Shown piece by piece: positions 29,878 to 39,930 of a stretch of 64,000 bases of DNA. Source of the stretch: Candidatus Deferrimicrobiaceae bacterium (lineage in GTDB: Bacteria; Desulfobacterota; Deferrimicrobia; Deferrimicrobiales; Deferrimicrobiaceae); assembly GCA_963792415.1 (NCBI GenBank), contig CAWBVY010000001.1, positions 224,001 to 288,000 on the forward strand, in the 5' to 3' direction. Numbering within the stretch: position 1 is the first letter of the stretch; every line of letters begins with the position of its first letter. Under the pieces are notes generated by a model, which was not told where the DNA came from, ran no database searches, and saw nothing but the letters and a program-made list of their open reading frames with translations. Made by a program: the position numbers and the translations under genes.

Positions 29878-31098
29878 CTACCAGTTGTATCCGGCCTCGC
29901 CGTGCTCCGAGAGGTCCAGCCCCATCATCTCGTCTTCCCGCGATACGCGAAGCCCCATGAGCCTGTCGAGGATCTTGAGCAGCCCGTAGGTCACGGCGAA
30001 GGAGTAGATCAGCACGACCGCGACCGCCAGAAACTGGATCGCGAGCAGCTTCGCGTTCCCGTAAAAGAGGCCGTTCGCCCCGCCCGCGTTGACCACCGTG
30101 GTGGCGAGCAACCCCGTGGCCAGCGCGCCAAGGGTTCCGCCCACGCAGTGCACTCCGACGACGTCGAGGGCGTCGTCGTACCCGAGGCGGCCTTTCATCA
30201 TGACGGCCCCGTAGCAGACCGCCCCCGCCGCCAGCCCGATCGCGATCGCGGAAAGCGGCGTGACGAACCCGGAGGCCGGCGTGATCGCCACCAGCCCGGC
30301 GACGCATCCCGAGGCCGCCCCGAGGACGGTGGGCTTGCGCCGGTGGATCCACTCCGTGCCCAGCCATGAGAGCGTCGCGGACGCCGCCGCAAGATGGGTT
30401 GCCACGAAGGCACTCGTTGCGAGCTCGCCTGCCGCCAGGGCGGATCCGGCGTTGAAGCCGAACCACCCGAACCAGAGGATGGCGGCGCCGATCACCGTCA
30501 TCGGAAGGTTGTGCGGCGCCATGTTGTCCGACCCGAACCCCTTCCGTTTCCCGACGACGAGGGCCGCCGCAAGAGCCGAGACCCCGGACGTGATGTGGAC
30601 GACGGTCCCGCCTGCGAAATCGAGCGCACCGAGGTTCCGGATCCACCCGCCGATCCCCCAGACCCAGTGGGCCACGGGGTTGTACACCAGCAGGGCCCAG
30701 AGCAGGCTGAAGACGAGGAAGGCCGAGAAACGGAACCGCTCCGCGAACGCCCCGGTGATCAGCGCCGGGGTGATGACCGCGAACATCATCTGGTAGACCA
30801 TGAAGGCCTGGTGCGGAACCGTGGCGGCGTACTCCTTGTACGGGGCGAGCCCGACCCCGGAGAGACCGAACCAGGAGAGGTCCCCGATGATCCCCCAGTG
30901 GTCGGGCCCGAAGGCCATGCTGTAGCCGACCAGCGCCCACTCGACGCTGATGAGGCCGATGATGACGAGCGATTGGACGATCGTCCCCAGGATGTTCTTC
31001 CTGCGGACCATCCCCCCGTAGAACAGCGCGAGCCCCGGCGTCATGAACATGACCAGGGCCGCGGACACGAGCAGCCAGGCGGTATCTCCGGTGTTCAT
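29878..31098 (-). CDS. amtB: ammonium transporter
   Basis: GDTAW, MTPGLALFYGG, DFAGGTVVH, WFGWFGFNAGS, DDALDVVGVH. Confidence 0.97.
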   Translation of the reverse strand: MNTGDTAWLLVSAALVMFMTPGLALFYGGMVRRKNILGTIVQSLVIIGLISVEWALVGYSMAFGPDHWGIIGDLSWFGLSGVGLAPYKEYAATVPHQAFMVYQMMFAVITPALITGAFAERFRFSAFLVFSLLWALLVYNPVAHWVWGIGGWIRNLGALDFAGGTVVHITSGVSALAAALVVGKRKGFGSDNMAPHNLPMTVIGAAILWFGWFGFNAGSALAAGELATSAFVATHLAAASATLSWLGTEWIHRRKPTVLGAASGCVAGLVAITPASGFVTPLSAIAIGLAAGAVCYGAVMMKGRLGYDDALDVVGVHCVGGTLGALATGLLATTVVNAGGANGLFYGNAKLLAIQFLAVAVVLIYSFAVTYGLLKILDRLMGLRVSREDEMMGLDLSEHGEAGYNW

Positions 31099-31146
31099 CT
31101 TCGTTTCCTCCCGTTCGTGATGGGTGCCGACCCTCGCATGATGGAT

Positions 31147-31162
31147 AGCAACGGGCGTGCCA
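31147..31162 (-). promoter_or_regulatory. sigma54 (-24/-12) promoter of amtB
   Basis: minus strand TGGCACG-CCCG-TTGCT, matching GG-N10-GC, about 50 bp upstream of the ATG. Confidence 0.88.
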
Positions 31163-31206
31163 CGGGCTGATTCGCCGGAATCCGTGGGATTTTTCCAGGA
31201 CCGCCG

Positions 31207-31234
31207 AAACAGGACAGACAATTTTGTCTTGTTT
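31207..31234. promoter_or_regulatory. candidate enhancer-binding-protein site for amtB
   Basis: inverted repeat AAACAGGACA-N8-TGTCTTGTTT containing GACA-ATTT-TGTC, upstream of the sigma54 promoter. Confidence 0.5.
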
Positions 31235-31379
31235 GCGACATTCATGGCCGACAGGAGACACTTATTTCCGTCATCACGAAGGACCGTTCCATGCAAAGAT
31301 AGCCATCATGCGCCTCCTTGATTCCTTCCGGCACCGCCGGCACCGTTAGCCGATTCGAATCGGATCAGGACCGAGAGCG

Positions 31380-31997
31380 ATGGGTCTCTACACGCGCTTC
31401 CTCCTCCCGAAAATCGTGGACTTCACCTGCCGCACGAAGCCGTGCATGCGGCAGCGCGCGAAAGTCGTTCCCTCCGCCCTGGGGTGCGTCCTCGAGGTGG
31501 GTTTCGGTTCGGGGCGGAACCTGCCCTTCTACGACACGGCGAAGGTACGGCACGTCTGGGCGCTCGATCCCTCCAGGGAGCTGTGGGCCATGGCCGGGGA
31601 GAGGGTCCGCGGCGCCGGCTTCCCCGTCGAGTTCCTGCAGGCCGGGGCCGAGGAGATCCCCCTGCCCGGCCGGAGCGCGGACACCGTTCTCGTGACATTC
31701 ACGCTGTGCACCGTTCCCGACGTCCCGCGGGCGCTTCGCGAGATGGCGCGGGTCCTCAAGCCGGGCGGGGAACTCGTCTTTTCCGAACACGGGCTGGCGC
31801 CGGACGAGAGTGTCCGGCGGTGGCAGAATCGCCTGAACCCGATCTGGAGCGCTTTCGGCGGCGGCTGCAACCTCAACCGGCACATCCCCTCTCTCCTGGA
31901 GGAGGGGGGCTTCCGATTGCACGAGATCTCCTCGATGTATCTCCCGGGGTGGAGACCCGCGAGCTTCACCTACTGGGGGCGCGCCTCGGCAATGTGA
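31380..31997 (+). CDS. class I SAM-dependent methyltransferase (METTL7/PmtA-like)
   Basis: VLEVGFGSGRN, TFTLCTVPD, RVLKPGG, EHG, GGCNLNR. Confidence 0.9.
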   Translation: MGLYTRFLLPKIVDFTCRTKPCMRQRAKVVPSALGCVLEVGFGSGRNLPFYDTAKVRHVWALDPSRELWAMAGERVRGAGFPVEFLQAGAEEIPLPGRSADTVLVTFTLCTVPDVPRALREMARVLKPGGELVFSEHGLAPDESVRRWQNRLNPIWSAFGGGCNLNRHIPSLLEEGGFRLHEISSMYLPGWRPASFTYWGRASAM

Positions 31998-32017
31998 CGG
32001 CCACGAGGGATTTTTCT

Positions 32018-32049
32018 TTGTGGGTGCGGGGCGGGTGAATTACAATCAC
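32018..32049 (+). promoter_or_regulatory. candidate sigma70 promoter of the acs operon with an overlapping palindrome
   Basis: TTGTGG-17 bp-TACAAT; GTGA-N7-TCAC at 32035-32049 overlaps the -10. Confidence 0.45.
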
Positions 32050-32095
32050 TTCCTGTTTGCCCGCCGTGACGCGACCACCGAAGGGAGCCCGCCCG

Positions 32096-34216
32096 ATGCA
32101 CGAACCGCTGTTTTCCGCCTGCCTGCGCGGCGCCGCCGCCGTCCTCTCTCTCACCCGGACCACCCTCGACGCCGCCGCGGCCCGCCGGGGGAAGGACGCG
32201 CCGCTGGCGTACCCCGATACCGCCTACGAACTGCCGGTCGCCTTCGGGCTGACCGACCTTCGGGTGGCGACCCTGGCCGACGCGGGGAAGCTGCTCGACC
32301 TCGCGGGGACGCTCGTGCGGGACGGCGCCACGGCGGAGAACGCCCTCGACGCCGGCGCGGCCACGCTCCTCGCCGCGGACGTGCTCGGGGCGCTCTCCCA
32401 CGAAAAAGGGAACCCGTACCCGCCACCCGCGGTCGGCTTCGTCCCGGACTCCACCCTGCGCAAACTCGGGATCTATCTCGTGGACGGCTCCGTTCCCGGG
32501 GTCGCCGTCCTGATCGGGAAGGCGACGGACCCCGCGGCCGCGGCGGCGATGGTCCGGCAGTTCCAGGAGATCGGGCTCCTCGTCTTCCTCGCGGGGGACG
32601 TCGTCGCGCAGCTCGACGCGCAGGGCGTGAAGCTCGGGGAGGATTTCAAGACGTTCCCACTGGGGCCGCTCCCCGCGGTGATCCACGCCGTCAACTTCGC
32701 CGTCCGCGCCGGGCTCACCTTCGGCGGCATCGGCCGCGGCCAGGGAGCCGCGATGCTCTCCTACCTCGGCAACCGCGTGAAGGCGTTCGTGTGCGCCCTC
32801 GGGCCCCTGGACGACGTCGCCCTCGCCATCGCCGCGGGCGCGATGAAGGCGGGGCTGACGGTCCTGTCCGACCAGCCCGTGCCGGAGATCCCCGGGCTGC
32901 TCCTCTCGCGCCCAGCGGGCGACGGAATGGTTCAAGCGGGGATGGAGGCGCGGGGCATCAAGGTGAAGATGGTGAAGGTGCCGATCCCGATCGCCTTCGG
33001 TCCCGCCTTCGAGGGGGAGCGGATCCGGAAGTCCGACACGCACATCGAGTTCGGAGGCGGGCGCTCCGTGGCCTACGAACTCGTCCGCAGCGCCCCCCCG
33101 GAAGAGGTGATCGACCGGGAGATCGTCGTGGACGGCCCGGATCTCGGGGAACTGCCGGTCGGGAGCGTCCTCCCGCTGGGAATCGTCGTCCGGGTCGCCG
33201 GCGCGCGGATGCAGCACGACTTCGAATCGGTCCTGGAGCGCCGCATCCACCGGATCGTCAATTACGGCGAGGGGACGATGCACGTCGCCCAGCGGGACAC
33301 CACCTGGATCCGCGTCTCGACGGAGGCGGTGGGAAAGGGATTCTCCCTCGCGGACCTCGGCCTCATGCTCTACGCCAAGCTGCACGCGGACTTCGAGAAC
33401 ATCGTGGACAAGGTCGCGGTTTCGATCACGACCCGGCTCGAGGACGTGCAGGCGGGGCTGGCCGGGGCGCGGGCCGCCTACGCCGAGCGCGACGCGCGGG
33501 CGCGCACGCTGACGGACGACGCCGTCTCCGAGTTCTACTCCTGCACCCTGTGCCAGTCGTTCGCCCCCAACCACGTCTGCATCGTCTCCCCCGAGCGCCT
33601 CGGGCTCTGCGGGGCGATCAACTGGCTCGACGGGAAGGCGGGGTTCGAGATCACCCCGACCGGCCCCAACCAGCCGGTGCTGAAGGGGGCGGTCCGGGAC
33701 GCCGTGAAGGGATCGTTCGACGGGGTGAACGCGTTCGTCCGGGAGAATTCGCGCAACACCGTGACCGAGATGAACCTCTACTCCATCATGGAGGCGCCGA
33801 TGACCTCGTGCGGCTGCTTCGAATGCGTCCTCGCCGTCATCCCCGAGGCGAACGGCGTGATGGCGGTCAACCGGGAGTTCACCGGGCTCGAAACGCCGTG
33901 CGGGATGGGGTTCTCGACCCTGGCCGGCTCCGTCGGCGGCGGCGTGCAGACCCCGGGCTTCATGGGAGTGGGGAAGCATTACCTGCTGAGCCGGAAATTC
34001 CTCGGGGCCGAGGGGGGGCTTCCGCGCGTCGTCTGGATGACGCGGGAGATGAAGGAATACCTCGGCCCGCTCCTGCGGGAGCGTGCGGCGGAGATCGGGA
34101 TGCCCGACCTCGTCGATCAGATCGCGGACGAAACGGTCGCGGTGACGCCCGACGCGCTCGTCGAACACCTGGTGAAGGTGGGACACCCCGCCCTCAAGCT
34201 CCCTCCCCTCCTGTGA
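32096..34216 (+). CDS. acsB: acetyl-CoA synthase/decarbonylase subunit (ACS, A-cluster)
   Basis: YPDTAYELP N-terminal domain; AFEGERIRK; A-cluster Cys CTLCQSFAPNHVC..GLCG and PMTSCGCFE. Confidence 0.97.
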   Translation: MHEPLFSACLRGAAAVLSLTRTTLDAAAARRGKDAPLAYPDTAYELPVAFGLTDLRVATLADAGKLLDLAGTLVRDGATAENALDAGAATLLAADVLGALSHEKGNPYPPPAVGFVPDSTLRKLGIYLVDGSVPGVAVLIGKATDPAAAAAMVRQFQEIGLLVFLAGDVVAQLDAQGVKLGEDFKTFPLGPLPAVIHAVNFAVRAGLTFGGIGRGQGAAMLSYLGNRVKAFVCALGPLDDVALAIAAGAMKAGLTVLSDQPVPEIPGLLLSRPAGDGMVQAGMEARGIKVKMVKVPIPIAFGPAFEGERIRKSDTHIEFGGGRSVAYELVRSAPPEEVIDREIVVDGPDLGELPVGSVLPLGIVVRVAGARMQHDFESVLERRIHRIVNYGEGTMHVAQRDTTWIRVSTEAVGKGFSLADLGLMLYAKLHADFENIVDKVAVSITTRLEDVQAGLAGARAAYAERDARARTLTDDAVSEFYSCTLCQSFAPNHVCIVSPERLGLCGAINWLDGKAGFEITPTGPNQPVLKGAVRDAVKGSFDGVNAFVRENSRNTVTEMNLYSIMEAPMTSCGCFECVLAVIPEANGVMAVNREFTGLETPCGMGFSTLAGSVGGGVQTPGFMGVGKHYLLSRKFLGAEGGLPRVVWMTREMKEYLGPLLRERAAEIGMPDLVDQIADETVAVTPDALVEHLVKVGHPALKLPPLL

Positions 34217-35133
34217 GCGTGGCGCTTCCCATCCCGGCCTTTCCCGGGAGGATCCTCGCGGTCACGCTGCCCGCCGGGCCGGGGGGAACCCCCGTCACCG
34301 TGGGGGGGCAGAACGCCTTGCCGCTCCTGCCCGAGGGGGAGCACCCCAACGCTCCCGCGGTGGGGATGGAGGTTCCCACGGGGCCGCTGGAGCTCCCCCC
34401 GGCGCTGGCCGCGGCGATCGGGCCCTTCGCGGGGGACCCCGTCGCGATGGCCCGCAAGTGCGCCGGCGACTGGGGAGCGCGCTTCCTTTTCCTCTCGCTC
34501 GCCGGCTGCCATCCCGACGCGGGGGGGCAGAGCGTTTCGGAAGGCGCGACCATCGTCCGGGAGGTTCTTTCCGCGACGCCCGCCCCGGTGATCGTGGGGG
34601 GATGCGGCGACGAGGAGGTGGACGCCCGGCTCTTCCCCGCCGTCGCGGAGGCGGCCGGACGTCCGGTCTTCCTCTCGTACGCGGAGGAGAAGAACCACCG
34701 TCTCGTCGCGGGCGCGGCGCTTGCGTACGGCCACGGCGTGGTCTCCTGGTCCCCCATCGACATCAACATGGCCAAGCAGATGAACCTCCTCCTCGCCGAC
34801 CTCGGGTTCCCCCCCGATCGCGTCCTCATCGACCCGCTGACGGGAGGCCTCGGCTACGGGATGGAGTACACCTTCTCCATCGTCGAGCGGATCCGCCTTG
34901 CCGGCCTCTCCGGGGATGTGGCGCTCGCCCGCCCGATCTTCTGCCACCTCGGGGACGCGTGGAAGGCGCGGGAGGCGACCGACCCGTCGGAAGGGAGCTG
35001 GGGCGACGCCGGCGCGCGGGGCCCCCGGTGGGAGGAGACGACGGGACTGGCGTGCCTGGCGGCCGGGGCCGACCTGCTCGTCTGCCGCCACCCCTCGAGC
35101 GTGGCGCGCCTGTCGGGGGCAGCGTGGCGCTGA
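34213..35133 (+). CDS. acsD: corrinoid iron-sulfur protein small subunit
   Basis: VTVGGQNALP, SPIDINMAKQMN, DPLTGGLGYGMEY, ERIRLAGL, RHP; GTGA-coupled. Confidence 0.95.
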   Translation: MSVALPIPAFPGRILAVTLPAGPGGTPVTVGGQNALPLLPEGEHPNAPAVGMEVPTGPLELPPALAAAIGPFAGDPVAMARKCAGDWGARFLFLSLAGCHPDAGGQSVSEGATIVREVLSATPAPVIVGGCGDEEVDARLFPAVAEAAGRPVFLSYAEEKNHRLVAGAALAYGHGVVSWSPIDINMAKQMNLLLADLGFPPDRVLIDPLTGGLGYGMEYTFSIVERIRLAGLSGDVALARPIFCHLGDAWKAREATDPSEGSWGDAGARGPRWEETTGLACLAAGADLLVCRHPSSVARLSGAAWR

Positions 35134-36476
35134 CCGCGATCGACATCTACAAGCTGCTTCCGAAGACCAACTGCAAGGAGTGCGGCCAGCCGACGTGCCT
35201 GGCCTTCGCGATGCAGATCGCGGCCGGGAAGGCGTCGATCGACCTGTGCCCGCCCGCCTCGGAAGAGGCGAAGGAGAAGCTGTCCGCCGCCGCCGCGCCG
35301 CCGCTGCCGAAGGTGACGATCGGAACCGGGGAGCGCGAGGTCGTCCTCGGCGACGAGACGGTCCTCTTCCGGCACGAGAAGACCTTCTACCACCCGACGG
35401 CGATCGCCGTTTCGATCCGGGACGACGCGTCGGACGGGGAGTTCGCATCGCGGCTCGCGGCGATCCGGAGCCTCTCGTTCGAGCGGGTCGGACAGCGGAT
35501 CTCCGTCGACCTCGTCGCCCTCCGCTGCGCCTCCGGGGACGCGGGCCGGTACTCCCGCGCGGCCGCCGCCGCGCTCGAGGCGACGGGACTCCCCCTCGTC
35601 CTCCTCGCACCGGCGGGACCGCTCGCCGCGGCGGTGGAGGCGGTGGCGCCTTCCCGGCCGCTCCTCGCGCCCCCGCCGGAGGACCTCGTCCCCGCGGCGA
35701 AGCTCGCCGCGGAAAGGAAACTCCCCCTGCGGGTGCGGGCCCGGGGAATCGAGGGACTTTCCGTCGCGCTGGCCGACGCCCGCGCCGCCGGGGCCGCCTC
35801 GCTGGTCGCCGACCCCTCCCCGGAAACGCCCCGGGAGGCCGTCTCCCTTTCCACGGACCTGCGACGGCTGGCGATCCTCGGAAGGGTCCGCGACCTCGCG
35901 TACCCATCCGCGTTCGACCTCGGCGGCGGGTTCCCGGACCCGTTCCTCGCCGCGGCGCTCCTCGTGGCGAAGTACGGCTCGCTCCTCGTGCTGGACTCCG
36001 CGGACCCGGCGGACCTGCTGCCGCTGCTCACGCTTCGGCAGAACCTGTTCACCGACCCGCAGCGCCCGATCCAGGTGGAACCCGGCGTCTACCCGATCGG
36101 TGGACCGTCCGAATCGTCGCCCGTCATCATCACCACCAACTTCTCCCTCACCTACTTCACCGTCCGTGGCGACGTCGAGGCGGCGAAGGTCCCCGCGCAC
36201 CTCCTCATCGCCGACGTCGACGGCATGTCCGTCCTGACCGCGTGGGCGGCCGGGAAGTTCACCGGCGAGTCGATCGCGAAGATGCTCGCCGAGTGCGGGA
36301 TCGGGGAGAAGGTGGCCCACCGGACCCTCGTCCTTCCCGGCATGGTCGCGCGCCTCTCCGGCCGGATCGAGGAGCTGTCCGGGTGGCGGGTCCTCGTCGG
36401 CCCGCAGGAGTCGTCCGCCCTCCCGTCGTACCTGCGCCGCCTTCCGCCGGACGCCTTCCTCCCCGTTCATGGTTGA
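35124..36476 (+). CDS. acsC: corrinoid iron-sulfur protein large subunit
   Basis: IYKLLPKTNCKECGQPTCLAFA..CP [4Fe-4S]; FRHEKTF; TDPQRP; TTNFSLTY; SVLTAWAAGKF. Confidence 0.96.
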   Translation: MALTAIDIYKLLPKTNCKECGQPTCLAFAMQIAAGKASIDLCPPASEEAKEKLSAAAAPPLPKVTIGTGEREVVLGDETVLFRHEKTFYHPTAIAVSIRDDASDGEFASRLAAIRSLSFERVGQRISVDLVALRCASGDAGRYSRAAAAALEATGLPLVLLAPAGPLAAAVEAVAPSRPLLAPPPEDLVPAAKLAAERKLPLRVRARGIEGLSVALADARAAGAASLVADPSPETPREAVSLSTDLRRLAILGRVRDLAYPSAFDLGGGFPDPFLAAALLVAKYGSLLVLDSADPADLLPLLTLRQNLFTDPQRPIQVEPGVYPIGGPSESSPVIITTNFSLTYFTVRGDVEAAKVPAHLLIADVDGMSVLTAWAAGKFTGESIAKMLAECGIGEKVAHRTLVLPGMVARLSGRIEELSGWRVLVGPQESSALPSYLRRLPPDAFLPVHG

Positions 36477-38145
36477 CGGTCGGGGGGCGATCCGCTTCCA
36501 CCCCGAGGGGATCGACGTCCCCTTCGTCCCCGGGGAATCGCTGCTCGCCCACGCAATCCGCGGCGGCGTCCCGCTCCTCTCTCCGTGCGGCGGGGAGGGC
36601 CGGTGCGGGAAGTGCCGGGTCCTGGTGAGCGGCGGGACCCGCGGCGGGGAGGACCCGGGGGCGCTCACCCGGGCGGAAATCGCCGCGGGAATCCGCCTCG
36701 CGTGCCGCTGCATCCCCTCCTCCGGCGACGTCTCCGTGACGATCCTTCCCGGGAGCCGGCCCGCCCGCCTCGCGGCGTACCTCGACGGAAAGGACCTGGC
36801 GGGGGACGAGCCGTTCCTTCCCCTGTCCCGCGCCGCGTCGGGGGGCGCCCCGCTCGGCGTGGCGCTGGACCTGGGGACGAGCACCCTGGCGGGCACGCTC
36901 GTGGATCTCTCGGACGGAACCGTCCTGGCCCGCGCGACGGGGGACAACCCGCAGATGGCGTGCGGCGAGGACCTCATCTCCCGCGTGGTGTTCGCCGAAG
37001 AGACGACCGGCGGGTTCGAACTGCTGCGGGGGCAGCTCCTTTCGGGGGTGGACGGCCTGGTGCGAAGACTCCTCGAAGCCTCGCCGGCGCCGGGGGAAGT
37101 CACCGACGTCGTCGCCGCGGGAAACACCGTCATCTCCCACTTCCTGTACGGGATCTCCCCCTCCCCGATCCGGCGGCCGCCGTACCATCCGGTCCGGAAG
37201 GAGTACCCCGTCGTCCCGGGGGAAACCCTGGGGACCGGCCCGGAGACGGCGCGGGCCCTATGGCGGATCTTCCCGTCCCTCGGGGGATTCGTCGGCGGCG
37301 ACGTGGTGGCGGGGATTCTCGCCTCGGGGATGCACCGGCAGGAGGAGGTCAGCCTGCTCTTCGACGTCGGCACCAACGGCGAGGTGGTGCTGGGGAACCG
37401 GGAGTGGCGGATCGCCTGCTCCTCCTCGGCCGGGCCCGCCTTCGAAGGGGGCGAGGTCGGCTGCGGCATGCGCGCGTACCCGGGGGCGATCGAGTCGGTC
37501 CGGATCGAACCGGGGACCGCGGCGGCGGAGTGGACGGTGATCGGGCGGGGCCGGCCGGCCGGCCTGTGCGGCTCGGGAATCCTCGACCTGTGCGCGGAGC
37601 TGTTCCGGGCCGGGATCGTCGATCGGGCGGGACGGTTCACCTCGCGCGGCTCCGGGGGGCGCCGCCTCACGGAACGCGGCGAAGCGTTCGTCGTGGTCCC
37701 CGGGGAGAAGAGCGCCACGGGGCGCGACGTATCCTTCCGCGAGTCGGACCTGAAAAGCATCCTTCGGACGAAAGCCGCCCTCTGCGCGGCCGCCGAGGCG
37801 CTGCTCGCCGCGGTGGGGCTCCCGCTGGAGGCGGTCGCGCGCGTCTACGTCGCCGGGGGGTTCGGCAACTTCCTCGACCTGCGCTCCGCCCTCACCATCG
37901 GGCTCTTCCCCCCCATCCCCCTCGCCCGGTTCGTTCCGCTGGGAAACGCGTCGCTGGCCGGCGCGCTCGGCGCGCTGCGCAACCGGCGGCGCTGGAAGGA
38001 GGCGCTTTCGCTCGCGACCGGGACGGTGTACCACGACCTGTCGTCCGATCCGGGCTTCATGGAGCTGTACCAGCGCGGCCTCTTCCTCCCCCACACCGAC
38101 GAGGAGAGCTACCGTTCCGTGCTCGCCGCGGAGGTGACGGCATGA
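36469..38145 (+). CDS. acsV: ATP-dependent reductive activator of corrinoid protein (RACo/AcsV, ASKHA/DUF4445)
   Basis: N-terminal [2Fe-2S] CGGEGRCGKC...LAC; DLGTST; DVGTNGE; SAGPAFEG; AGGFGN; FLPHT. Confidence 0.93.
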   Translation: MVDGRGAIRFHPEGIDVPFVPGESLLAHAIRGGVPLLSPCGGEGRCGKCRVLVSGGTRGGEDPGALTRAEIAAGIRLACRCIPSSGDVSVTILPGSRPARLAAYLDGKDLAGDEPFLPLSRAASGGAPLGVALDLGTSTLAGTLVDLSDGTVLARATGDNPQMACGEDLISRVVFAEETTGGFELLRGQLLSGVDGLVRRLLEASPAPGEVTDVVAAGNTVISHFLYGISPSPIRRPPYHPVRKEYPVVPGETLGTGPETARALWRIFPSLGGFVGGDVVAGILASGMHRQEEVSLLFDVGTNGEVVLGNREWRIACSSSAGPAFEGGEVGCGMRAYPGAIESVRIEPGTAAAEWTVIGRGRPAGLCGSGILDLCAELFRAGIVDRAGRFTSRGSGGRRLTERGEAFVVVPGEKSATGRDVSFRESDLKSILRTKAALCAAAEALLAAVGLPLEAVARVYVAGGFGNFLDLRSALTIGLFPPIPLARFVPLGNASLAGALGALRNRRRWKEALSLATGTVYHDLSSDPGFMELYQRGLFLPHTDEESYRSVLAAEVTA

Positions 38146-39182
38146 CCGCGTTGCCGGGCCTCTTCCCGTGCACGGGCGTGGGGTCCCTGCCGCACCTCGA
38201 TCCCCGCGCCGCCGTGGCGGAGGTCCTGTCCCGTTTCCGGGAAATCCCGTACTGGCCGCAGCTCCCGCGCCGGACGCCGCTCGAGCACATGTACCCGCAA
38301 TTCGCCGCGGCCCTCCCCGGGGCTTCGGTCGTCGGGGAGCGCCTGACGATGAAGAGCGGGGAGGAGCTTCTCCCGGACGCGGAGGCGTTCTACGGGAAGT
38401 TCCTCTCGGACGATCTCTCCCCCTTCGCCGTCCCCGCGGAGCGCGCGGCCGGCCTGCACGCCATGCTGGAAGCCGGCGGCGGCCCCTTCCCCGCGGTGAA
38501 GGGCCAGGTGACCGGGCCCGTCTCCTTCGGGCTCATGGTGTGCGACCGGGAGAAGAAACCGGTCTTCTACGACCCCGTGGGCCGGGACATCCTGGTCAAG
38601 TACCTGCTCCGCGTCGCCCAGTGGCAGGCCGAACAGCTTCGCCGCCTCTCCGGAACCGTGATCCTGACGCTGGACGAGCCGTACCTCGCCTCCGTGGGAT
38701 CCGCCATCGTCGCGCTCCCGCGGGAGGAGGTGATCGCCGCCCTCGACGAGATCTTCGACGGGCTGCCCGGCGTCCTGTGCGGGATCCACTGCTGCGCGAA
38801 CACCGACTGGGGGCTGGTCCTCGCCTCGAAGGTCCGGTACCTCTCCTTCGACGCCTACGAGTACGCCGACTCGCTCCTCCTCTACCCGGAGGAGGTCTCC
38901 GCGTTCCTCGCCCGCGGCGGGGTGCTCGCCTTCGGGGTGATCCCCACCGCGCGCGAGGCGATCGCGGCCGAGACGCCGGAATCGCTCGCCGAACGGATGG
39001 AGCGGATTCTCGACCGGTACGCCTCCCGGGGGATTTCACGGGAAGCGATGGTCCGTGCCTCCGTGATCACCCCGGCGTGCGGTCTCGGGACCTTGCCCGA
39101 GGAGTCCGCGGAGCGCGCGCTGCGGCTGACCGTGGAGCTGTCGGGCCTGCTGCGGACCCGGTACGGGGGGAGCCCATCGTGA
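38142..39182 (+). CDS. core (single-barrel, folate-independent) methionine synthase, MesB-like
   Basis: 346 aa MetE C-terminal-like barrel: TGVGSLPH, WPQLP, KGQVTGP, DEP; Zn ligands GIHCCANTDW, SFDAY, TPACGLG; no N-terminal folate-binding barrel. Confidence 0.85.
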   Translation: MTALPGLFPCTGVGSLPHLDPRAAVAEVLSRFREIPYWPQLPRRTPLEHMYPQFAAALPGASVVGERLTMKSGEELLPDAEAFYGKFLSDDLSPFAVPAERAAGLHAMLEAGGGPFPAVKGQVTGPVSFGLMVCDREKKPVFYDPVGRDILVKYLLRVAQWQAEQLRRLSGTVILTLDEPYLASVGSAIVALPREEVIAALDEIFDGLPGVLCGIHCCANTDWGLVLASKVRYLSFDAYEYADSLLLYPEEVSAFLARGGVLAFGVIPTAREAIAAETPESLAERMERILDRYASRGISREAMVRASVITPACGLGTLPEESAERALRLTVELSGLLRTRYGGSPS

Positions 39183-39930
39183 CATTGCGGATCGCCGTCG
39201 CCGGCAAGGGGGGGGTCGGCAAGACCACCTGCTCCGCGCTGCTGCTGCGCGCGCTGGCGTTGTCGGGCGTCCGTCCCCTTCTCGCCGTGGACGCCGACCC
39301 CAACGCGAACCTGCACCAGCTCCTCTCGCTCCCTCTCCCCGAGGGGCTCGGCTCCCTCCGGGAGGAACAGCGGACGGCGGCGGGCGGGGCGGTTTCCCTC
39401 CCGGACCGGATCGCCTCCGAGGTGGAGCGGCGGGTATCCGAGGGGGAAGCGGTGGATCTCATCGCGATGGGGCGCGGCGAGGGGCCGGGGTGCTACTGCT
39501 ACGTGAACAACCTGCTCCGCGAGGCGCTCGACCGGATCGAGGGCGGCTACCGGGCCGTCGTGGTGGACAACGAGGCGGGGATGGAGCACCTCTCCCGGCG
39601 GTCGACGCGGCGGATCGATCACCTCGTCCTGGTGGGCGACCCTTCCCGGCGCGGCATGGATGCCGTGGCGGCCCTGCGGGAGCTGGCCGCGGAGCTCGCC
39701 CTCCCGGTCGGGAAGACGTGGCTCCTCCTCAACCGCCCGTACGGCGTCCACGGCAACGCCCCGTCGGAGGCCCTCGGGCTCCCGCTCCTGGCGGCGCTCC
39801 CGCACGACCCGCGGCTTCCCTCCTGGGAAACGGAGGGGCGGTCGTTCCTCGCCCTTCCCCCCGGGGAGTCCCCCGCGGCGGACGCCGTCGCGGCCGCTCT
39901 CCGGACCTCCCTTCTCGGATCCGCCCGTGA
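39179..39930 (+). CDS. cooC: CooC/AcsF nickel-insertion ATPase; probable frameshift near 39900
   Basis: AGKGGVGKTT, DADPN, GPGCYC, DNEAGMEHLSR; as read the frame stays open to 40639, but one extra base near 39900 gives a stop at 39930 coupled to the next gene. Confidence 0.88.

Noticed and set aside
31380-31997. Methyltransferase upstream of acsB as an AcsE substitute
   Set aside because: It is a class I Rossmann SAM enzyme, not a pterin-binding TIM barrel, and a candidate promoter separates it from acsB.
31998-32095. SAM or cobalamin riboswitch ahead of the acs operon
   Set aside because: The leader is too short and has no recognisable core motifs.
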